A stretch of 42,998 nucleotides of DNA from Candidatus Kapaibacterium sp. (GTDB lineage: Bacteria; Bacteroidota; Ignavibacteria; Kapaibacteriales; UBA2268). The notes below the pieces were generated by a model. That model worked only from the letters and a program-made list of their open reading frames with translations, did not search any database and was not told where the DNA came from. The stretch is from NCBI GenBank assembly GCA_026390675.1, contig JAPLFM010000175.1, positions 1 to 42,998 on the forward strand, read 5' to 3'. Within the stretch, counting starts at the first letter, position 1. Every line of letters begins with the position of its first letter. Below, one piece after another: positions 36,273-42,998 of the stretch. The position numbers were made by a program, and so were the translations under genes.

Positions 36273-37292
36273 ATGAAAATAAAATTAAGTTTTATCTTCA
36301 CACTTGCATTAGCACTTGTAATATTGTCTGCTTGTAATCAAGGACCCAAACCAATTGAAATCTCAAGCCTTGATAAAATTGTTGAGCCAAATTACAAATA
36401 CGAAATTAGTATTCCTAGTAATTGGCAAAATTCAAAGAGTTCAAAAAGAGTAGCCTCTTTTTCTAACAAAGAAACGTCAGAAAGATTTAGAAAATATGAT
36501 GCAACTGGATTTCCGGGAGCTAAAGTAGATTTAGAAATAGCAACTATTGACTCATCTGGTTTAGAAGGTTTGATAGCTAAAAAGAAAGCTTTCTCTGGCG
36601 AAGCTTATTCAGCACCTATACAAGTTACTATTGATGGGATTCAAGTAACAAAACTTGCTTATTCTTTCCCACTCGATGATGGTGATTTTGATGGTGAAAT
36701 GTATGTTGGTACTAAGGACAATAAAACTGCTACTATTATTAACTTTGGGACTTTTGCTGGAACAAAAGATAAATATAAAGACAAATTTGCTGAAATAATT
36801 AAATCTATTAAACTTGCAATTACACCTGAAAAGAAAGAGGACGATGTAGTAATTAATAATATTGAAGCTACTCCAGCATCAAAAACATTAAAATCAACTT
36901 CTGGAACAGGATTTAGTGTTAGTATTCCTGATAATTTCAAAACTGAAGCAGGTGGTGCAAAAGCACTTTTCTCAAAAAGGTATATTGGTGAAAGAAGAGG
37001 TGATTGTTACTTACAAGTAGATGTAATAGATTCAAAAAAATCAAACAATCTTAAAAATATCGCCGATGGTACTAAAACTGCTGTTAAAGGTGGCGAGCTA
37101 AAAGAAACAAAATTTGGTGGACAAACTGCATATTTCTTTTCATACAATCCTGCCAAAGAAGTAAATGGCAGAATTTACTTTGCTTTAAAAAATGACAATC
37201 TTTATAGATTCACAATTAATTGGTTTAAAGGCGAAGAAGCAGATTATTTGCCTGTATTTGAAGAAGTAATTAAATCATTCAATATAAAATAA
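36273..37292 (+). CDS. lipoprotein with two PsbP/DcrB-like domains
   Basis: Lipobox LSAC; repeated [YF].[IV]SIP.N[WF]...F.E[IV]IKS[IF] modules. Confidence 0.7.
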   Translation: MKIKLSFIFTLALALVILSACNQGPKPIEISSLDKIVEPNYKYEISIPSNWQNSKSSKRVASFSNKETSERFRKYDATGFPGAKVDLEIATIDSSGLEGLIAKKKAFSGEAYSAPIQVTIDGIQVTKLAYSFPLDDGDFDGEMYVGTKDNKTATIINFGTFAGTKDKYKDKFAEIIKSIKLAITPEKKEDDVVINNIEATPASKTLKSTSGTGFSVSIPDNFKTEAGGAKALFSKRYIGERRGDCYLQVDVIDSKKSNNLKNIADGTKTAVKGGELKETKFGGQTAYFFSYNPAKEVNGRIYFALKNDNLYRFTINWFKGEEADYLPVFEEVIKSFNIK

Positions 37293-37316
37293 ATTCTATC
37301 AAAAAACAGAAATTAT

Positions 37317-37351
37317 AAAAGAGGCTTTCTAATTTAAAGAAAGTCTTTTTT
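37317..37351 (+). terminator. Rho-independent terminator after the lipoprotein gene
   Basis: AGAGGCTTTCT / AGAAAGTCTTT stem plus T-run. Confidence 0.7.
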
Positions 37352-37394
37352 ATTTATTAGAATCTATTCAATAAATCTTTTAAGATATGATTAC

Positions 37395-37435
37395 AAAAAA
37401 AAGACTTTTTCAATAATTTGAAAAAGTCTTTTTTT
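37395..37435 (-). terminator. bidirectional-type terminator after rpsD
   Basis: AAAAAAAGACTTTTTCAA / TTGAAAAAGTCTTTTTTT. Confidence 0.8.
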
Positions 37436-37456
37436 AAAACTCAAAATATGTAATAA

Positions 37457-38059
37457 TTAACGTGAGTAGTATTCAACTACGAGTGGAATTTCTACAATTA
37501 CAGGAACTTCTTCTTTCAAAGGTACATATAAAAATTTTGCTGTAAAATCTACTTTAGATACTTCAAGATAAGCAGGAGCATTAATAGCACGAACTGATTC
37601 TTGAATAACATCCATTTTTTGACTTTTAGTTTTAATAGAAATAACATCATTAACATTTACATGATATGATGGTACATTAACTCTTTTTCCATTTACTAAT
37701 ACGTGGTTATGTCCGACAAATTGACGAGCTGCATACAAAGTACGAGCAAAACCTGCACGATATACTAAAGCATCAAGACGTGATTCTAAAATTTGAATAT
37801 ACAAATCTCCAGTATTTCCTGTCATGTGAGCTGCTTTTTTGTAATAATTAGCCATTTGACGTTCAGAGATGTTGTATTGAAATCTCAAACGTTGTTTTTC
37901 TAATAATTGTTTACCATAGTCAGATAACTTGTTTCTTCTTTTAGAAGCACCATGTTGACCAGGAGGGTAATTTTTTTTACCCATAATCTTTTTCGCTTTT
38001 GGAGTCAAATTGAGTCCAAGTTTGCGGGAGATTTTTACTTTAGGACCGTTGTAATTCAT
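37457..38059 (-). CDS. rpsD: 30S ribosomal protein S4
   Basis: YPPGQHG, SDYGKQLLEKQRLRFQY, LESRLDALVYRAGFA, ARQFVGHNHVLVNGKRVNVPSY, VVEYYSR. Confidence 0.97.
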   Translation of the reverse strand: MNYNGPKVKISRKLGLNLTPKAKKIMGKKNYPPGQHGASKRRNKLSDYGKQLLEKQRLRFQYNISERQMANYYKKAAHMTGNTGDLYIQILESRLDALVYRAGFARTLYAARQFVGHNHVLVNGKRVNVPSYHVNVNDVISIKTKSQKMDVIQESVRAINAPAYLEVSKVDFTAKFLYVPLKEEVPVIVEIPLVVEYYSR

Positions 38060-38288
38060 TGTTCCTCAATAACAAATATATATATTTTAAATTCAATTCT
38101 AGTATTCGCAAAGAATAGGATTACAAATATAATGCAAATATTGTTTTCCACAAAAGTTTTATTGAAAATATTTAATATTTATTTCATTTTTCGTATTTTT
38201 CAAAATATAATTTCCATAAATACTAAAATTGTAATATATTATAATATTCATTTTTCTAAAATTAATTTAAGTTTTAATATTGTTAAAT

Positions 38289-39770
38289 ATGAAGAACAAC
38301 AAGTTCAAATTATTATTTTTTTACGCTTTTGTAATTTCAGTCTTTTCTACTGGAACCTTTCTTGTTTTAAGGTTTGGAAAGATATTAGAGATTCATAAAT
38401 TTAGTACTGAAGTAATTGGCAATACTCTTTCTTCCTTTAAAAGTGAATTAAATCCACATAATACTCTTACTGCCTTTGATATTTTTTATAATGATGTTTT
38501 CTTAAATTTACACAGTCCATTAACTATTCTGTTTTTGCAAATAATTTCAATAATTGTATTGTCAAGAATATTAGGATATCTTTGCAATAAGATAGGTCAA
38601 CCTTCAGTAATTGGCGAAATTATAGCGGGAATAATATTAGGACCTTCTATTTTAGGTTACTACTTTCCTTCAATTTCATCTTATCTTTTTCCACTTAAGT
38701 CTCTAGCAAACCTACAATTTTTAAGTCAAATAGGTTTAATTTTATTCATGTTTGTAGTCGGAATGGAATTAGATTTAAAGCTGTTAAAAAATAGAGCTCA
38801 AGAAGCTGTAATAATTAGCCATTCAAGTATTGTAACTCCTTTTTTTATGGGTGTAACTTTATCATATTTTTTATATGATAAATTTGCTCCTATAAATGCA
38901 TCTTTTATTGAGTTTGCATTATTTATTGGAACAGCTATGAGTATAACTGCTTTTCCAGTGCTTGCAAGAATAATTCAAGAAAAGGGACTTTCTAATACAT
39001 ATTTAGGAAGTATGGCTATTACTTGTGCTGCAGCCGATGATGTATCTGCTTGGTGCATTTTAGCTGCAGTAATTGCTATTATCAAAGCAGGTACTTTTTT
39101 AAACGCCTTCTTTAATATTGCAGCAATCACTTCGTTTGTTTTATTTATGATTTATTATTTTAAACCTTTAATTAGAAATCTTGGTTCTCTTTATATTGAT
39201 AAGCCTCACAACAATAAAACAATTATGGCTTTTGTATTTGTTATTTTGCTTACTTCTTCTTTTGTAACAGAATCATTAGGACTTCAGGCTTTATTTGGAG
39301 CTTTTTTGGCTGGAGTTATTATGCCTGATAATCTACATTTTAAAAAATTGCTTATTAAGAAAGTTGAAGATATTAGTTTAGTGCTTCTTTTACCTTTATT
39401 TTTTGTTTTTACTGGGCTTAGAACTCAGATAGGATTAGTTTCAAGTGGCGAACTTTGGTTCTATGCTATTATAGTATTAATAACCGCTGTTATGGGAAAG
39501 TTTTTTGGTAGTACTCTAAGTGCAAGGTTTGTTGGTATGTCATGGAAAGACTCTTTTTTACTTGGTACATTGATGAACACAAGAGGACTAATGGAGTTAA
39601 TAGTTTTAAATATTGGTTATGATTTAGGAATCTTAAAACCCGAAATTTTTACAATTTTAGTATTAATGGCTCTTACAACAACATTTATGACATCACCAAT
39701 TTTATCAATAATAAACTTTATTTTTAAAGAAAAAAATGAAACTGAAGTGAAAATAATTGATACTATTTAA
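38289..39770 (+). CDS. cation:proton antiporter (CPA2 family)
   Basis: GQPSVIGEIIAGIILGPS, SITAFPVLARII, AAADDVSAW, LMNTRGLMELIVLNIG; ATG at 38289 preferred. Confidence 0.92.
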   Translation: MKNNKFKLLFFYAFVISVFSTGTFLVLRFGKILEIHKFSTEVIGNTLSSFKSELNPHNTLTAFDIFYNDVFLNLHSPLTILFLQIISIIVLSRILGYLCNKIGQPSVIGEIIAGIILGPSILGYYFPSISSYLFPLKSLANLQFLSQIGLILFMFVVGMELDLKLLKNRAQEAVIISHSSIVTPFFMGVTLSYFLYDKFAPINASFIEFALFIGTAMSITAFPVLARIIQEKGLSNTYLGSMAITCAAADDVSAWCILAAVIAIIKAGTFLNAFFNIAAITSFVLFMIYYFKPLIRNLGSLYIDKPHNNKTIMAFVFVILLTSSFVTESLGLQALFGAFLAGVIMPDNLHFKKLLIKKVEDISLVLLLPLFFVFTGLRTQIGLVSSGELWFYAIIVLITAVMGKFFGSTLSARFVGMSWKDSFLLGTLMNTRGLMELIVLNIGYDLGILKPEIFTILVLMALTTTFMTSPILSIINFIFKEKNETEVKIIDTI

Positions 39771-39802
39771 AGGACATTGAATTTTAATTATAACTAACTT
39801 TA

Positions 39803-41500
39803 TTAGGTAATTAAATTAGCTTCTGCTTGGATAATAGGAATTTTAATCATAACTTTAGTGCCAATATTTAGTTGAGATTTTATATGCAATTCACCACCTA
39901 TAATTTTTAGAATTTGTTTTACAAGTGCTAAACCCATACCTACCCCAGGTATATTCCCAACATTTTCTCCTCTATAAAATATTTCAGTTACTCTTGATAT
40001 ATCTGTCTCTGGAATTCCAATTCCCTTATCTTCTATTGATAAAATATGAAAATTTCCAACTTTTTCACAAGTGATCTTTGCATAAACAACATCTTTTGAA
40101 TAACGTAAAACATTGTCTAATATATTTTCTACTATTGGAGCAATTGATTCTATACTATACTGAAGTATCAAGCTTTCAGGTATATTTAAATCAAAATTTA
40201 AAGGTTTATCAACAAAACTATTATAAGATGATATCTTGTTTCTAAACACATCAATTAATTTTATACCTGCTGCCGATGTTACCTTAACCTCATTTACTTG
40301 TTCATATTTATTAATATTTAACAAAACCATTGATAAATAATCAATGACAAGTAAATTTCTTGAAGTAAGTTTGTTTATTTCAGCTTTTTCAAGTCTGTCA
40401 TAATGATTTTTTAATATTTCTGAATTGTTTCTAACTATTGTAAGTGGTGTTCTAAATTCGTGAGAAACCATTAGTAAGAATTTTGTTTTTAGTTCTGAAT
40501 ATTTCTTTTCACTTTCTGCTGTAAATTCTGCTTTTTTTCTCAAACTAATTTGACTTTCAAGTTCATTAATAGTATATTCCAAATCAGATGTTCTCATTTT
40601 AATCAGAGATTCTAATTCGTCTTTTGAGCGTTCCAAAACTTTTTGAGCTACTTTTTGGTCTGTTATATCAATAAATGATTCAACTAAATATTCAGCACCA
40701 AAAATTGTAGTAACAATGTTTTTTCTCAATACATCAATACTTTTACCATTTATATCTTTAAGTTTTGATTCAAAATGATTATTTGCAATGTTGTTTTCTT
40801 GTTTTAAAAAGTTACTTATTGGTTTATTGGTTAATTCTGTATGGGTTGTACCAATTAGTTTGTTAGCCATTGGGTTACTTTTTAGTATAGCGCCGGTTTC
40901 TTTAAATGCTATTATTACACCTGCTTGAATTGCATTTAGAATTGTATTAATATCATCTTGACTTTCGTATGTTTCTACTACTTGTCCATGTTTTAAATTT
41001 CCAATCTCTGATTTAAGATTTTGATTTTCTTTAGAAAAAAAAGTATTATCTAATGCATAAGTTAAAAAATCAGATTGAAGTTCACAGAATTTTATACAAG
41101 ATTCTTTATCTTCCATCCAATGCTCATCAAGTACAAGTAAAATTAAGTATTCTGTTCCAAAACTACAAGATAATGGTATTAATACATAATAAGTTTTGTT
41201 TTCTCTAGATAGTAATTCAGGATAAAATATTACACCTCCTGAATTTAACGATTGACCTACAATTCCTTTGCTTGAAAGATTTTCAAATTCTTTTATAGAT
41301 AATTCTTGAAACTCTTCTTTGATAGTGGAATGATGTTCAAACATAAATGTTTCTTTATCTAAATTGTATAATGAAACAAATTTGATATTAGGAAGAATCG
41401 TGAAATTATTGAGAGTGGACACAACAATATCGCTATCTAATGCAATTTTTTTTGAAAGAGATAGTGAACTTAAATTTTGTAATAGTATAATTGATTCCAT
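39803..41500 (-). CDS. GAF-like/PAS sensor histidine kinase
   Basis: VSHEFRTPLT, NILDNVLRYS, DKGIGIP, FYRG, GVGMGLA. Confidence 0.9.
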   Translation of the reverse strand: MESIILLQNLSSLSLSKKIALDSDIVVSTLNNFTILPNIKFVSLYNLDKETFMFEHHSTIKEEFQELSIKEFENLSSKGIVGQSLNSGGVIFYPELLSRENKTYYVLIPLSCSFGTEYLILLVLDEHWMEDKESCIKFCELQSDFLTYALDNTFFSKENQNLKSEIGNLKHGQVVETYESQDDINTILNAIQAGVIIAFKETGAILKSNPMANKLIGTTHTELTNKPISNFLKQENNIANNHFESKLKDINGKSIDVLRKNIVTTIFGAEYLVESFIDITDQKVAQKVLERSKDELESLIKMRTSDLEYTINELESQISLRKKAEFTAESEKKYSELKTKFLLMVSHEFRTPLTIVRNNSEILKNHYDRLEKAEINKLTSRNLLVIDYLSMVLLNINKYEQVNEVKVTSAAGIKLIDVFRNKISSYNSFVDKPLNFDLNIPESLILQYSIESIAPIVENILDNVLRYSKDVVYAKITCEKVGNFHILSIEDKGIGIPETDISRVTEIFYRGENVGNIPGVGMGLALVKQILKIIGGELHIKSQLNIGTKVMIKIPIIQAEANLIT

Positions 41501-41522
41501 AATATTAACTATTTAACTTTGG

Positions 41523-42392
41523 TTAACCACCAAGTAATTCCCTCATTTCAATTACTTCTCTTTTAAAAACAGGCAGATTTTTTGTAAAGAACTGTTTGTC
41601 AATATCAATATGTTTCCATATATCTTTGTTTAAAGTAGGTACTAAATCAGTTCCAGAATCTCCTATTCTCAACATTGAAGAAGCTACCATTGCCAAATGA
41701 ACTATAGTTGCATGTGAATGAAATTTACCATCAACTAAACCAGAGTATTGATTTTCAAACATTGTACTTATATCTTTAGGTAATTTCCATTTTTCTGAAA
41801 GTAATTGTGCAATCAAAGAGTGAGTAATTCCCAAAACAGCTTTTTCAACATCTCTTAATTTCATTTTTTTAGCTTTGCCTGCTCCCACAACTTTTGAATA
41901 AAGTTCAGGTACACCAATTAAAAAAAACAGTTTGCCAATACCATGTATAATTCCAGCTACAAAAAGATCTTCAGGATTTGGCAACCTTAGTTCTTTAGCC
42001 AAATTTCTGCTAATTGAACCCACAGCAAATGAATATTCCCACAAGTCTATTGGACGCAAGCCATCTGTCTCTTTTGCTCCAGAAAAAAGCTTCATAATAG
42101 CTAATGCTAATACAATTGCTTTAATTTCCTTTGTTCCAATTATAAATACAGCATCTTGAATTGAAGTTACTTTTCTTAAATTACCGTAAATTGCTGAATT
42201 TGATACTTTAAGTACTTTGACTGCTGATGACTGATCTTGTGAAATAACATTCGCAATATCTGTAGCACTACACATAGGGTTAGCCATAGCTGTAGTTAAA
42301 GCTGTGTAAATAGTTGGCAAAGTTGGAAAATCATTCAACTTTGACATTATATTTTTAAGGATATTATCCCTGTTCTGTTCTGCTATGCTCAT
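41523..42392 (-). CDS. HDOD domain protein
   Basis: FPTLP, DQSSAVKVLKVSNSAIYG, AGIIHGIGKL, EKAVLGITH, KWKLP. Confidence 0.9.
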   Translation of the reverse strand: MSIAEQNRDNILKNIMSKLNDFPTLPTIYTALTTAMANPMCSATDIANVISQDQSSAVKVLKVSNSAIYGNLRKVTSIQDAVFIIGTKEIKAIVLALAIMKLFSGAKETDGLRPIDLWEYSFAVGSISRNLAKELRLPNPEDLFVAGIIHGIGKLFFLIGVPELYSKVVGAGKAKKMKLRDVEKAVLGITHSLIAQLLSEKWKLPKDISTMFENQYSGLVDGKFHSHATIVHLAMVASSMLRIGDSGTDLVPTLNKDIWKHIDIDKQFFTKNLPVFKREVIEMRELLGG

Positions 42393-42693
42393 TATTTGCT
42401 ATGTTAATTACAGCTGCGTTAAACAAATCTATTTCTATAGGTAAAGAACATTCAAAATCCATAAGTGCCTCTAATATTGCTTTTGCGGCTGACAACTCTT
42501 CTGGTGAAATATCTACTGAATCTTCTAAACCTTCTACCAATACACCTGGAATGCTCCAAGTAACAAAAATCTTTTTATGCCTTTCACCAAGTTCAACTCC
42601 CTTAGCCAACATCAAATAGCCTTGTCTATTTTTGATGTCTTCGGCTAAAATCATTCCTTCTTTGATTTCTTCTATTTTAACGTAGCTTGCCAT
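42364..42693 (-). CDS. small protein resembling the N-terminal module of HD-GYP/HDOD-associated proteins
   Basis: IEEIKEGMILAEDIKNRQGYLMLAKGVEL motif; overlaps the HDOD start. Confidence 0.75.
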   Translation of the reverse strand: MASYVKIEEIKEGMILAEDIKNRQGYLMLAKGVELGERHKKIFVTWSIPGVLVEGLEDSVDISPEELSAAKAILEALMDFECSLPIEIDLFNAAVINIANNEHSRTEQG

Positions 42694-42998
42694 TTCATTT
42701 AAATTAAGTTAACTTTATACAAAACATAAAAGACAAATTTAATAAAAAAATTACTTTAAATATTAAACTAATCATAGAAATTAAAAAAAAAACTAATTTA
42801 AGAGTAAATATCTTTATAAACAACATTTAAAATCTACTTTATGGATATAGAAATTAAAATCTTTCTTAATTGAAAAATGAATTGTAAATCCTATGTCCAT
42901 AATTTGCAAAATTTGAAAAGTATCCTGTATACCATTGGCATAACGACGCTCCACTTGATAATGAATCATCAAAATCACTTTTAAACTCTATACCACCA

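Noticed and set aside
37952-38398. 148-aa plus-strand ORF
   Set aside because: Overlaps rpsD antisense and the antiporter start out of frame; low-complexity I/F/N composition typical of AT-rich noncoding DNA.
1880-42619. Other short ORF-track entries nested in or antisense to long genes (e.g. 1880..2251, 6125..6523, 10460..10762, 31947..32273, 41932..42159)
   Set aside because: Shadow ORFs of well-supported CDSs with no independent motifs.
42866-42997. Open minus-strand frame at the window end (GGIEFKSDFDDSLSSGASLCQWYTGYFSNFANYGHRIYNSFFN*)
   Set aside because: Could be the 3' end of a gene outside the window, but it is too short and unrecognisable to call.

Overview
Very AT-rich bacterial chromosome segment, most consistent with the FCB group (Ignavibacteriota/Ca. 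Kapabacteria-like). That placement is inferred from T9SS-type C-terminal domains, TAnnTTTG promoters and flagellar genes. Left to right: the 5' end of a secreted protein gene; an arsR-arsM operon carrying a four-helix-bundle (IVP/Avd-like) gene enclosed by mutually inverted heptamer arrays; a PAS histidine kinase; two tandem IgGFc-binding/T9SS paralogs; PBP1A; an RhuM gene followed by a degenerate copy of the PBP1A 3' end; two T9SS cargo genes; YciI; Nudix; a 5'-truncated dut abutting an rsmI with a 39-bp repeat tail; a ~6.7 kb mosaic (23.8-30.5 kb) of Rhs tips/remnants, candidate immunity genes, TA modules and PD-(D/E)xK paralogs organised around a repeated ~240-bp inverted-repeat element; a hook operon (motE-like, fliK, flgD, TIGR02530, flgE) with a sigma54-like promoter and a structured RNA before flgE; a lipoprotein; a stand-alone rpsD; a CPA2 antiporter; and an HDOD/kinase operon. 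Best candidates for undescribed systems are the element-organised Rhs/TA cassette array, the heptamer-bracketed four-helix-bundle gene and the K-loop RNA between TIGR02530 and flgE. All calls come from reading the sequence by eye; no searches were run.
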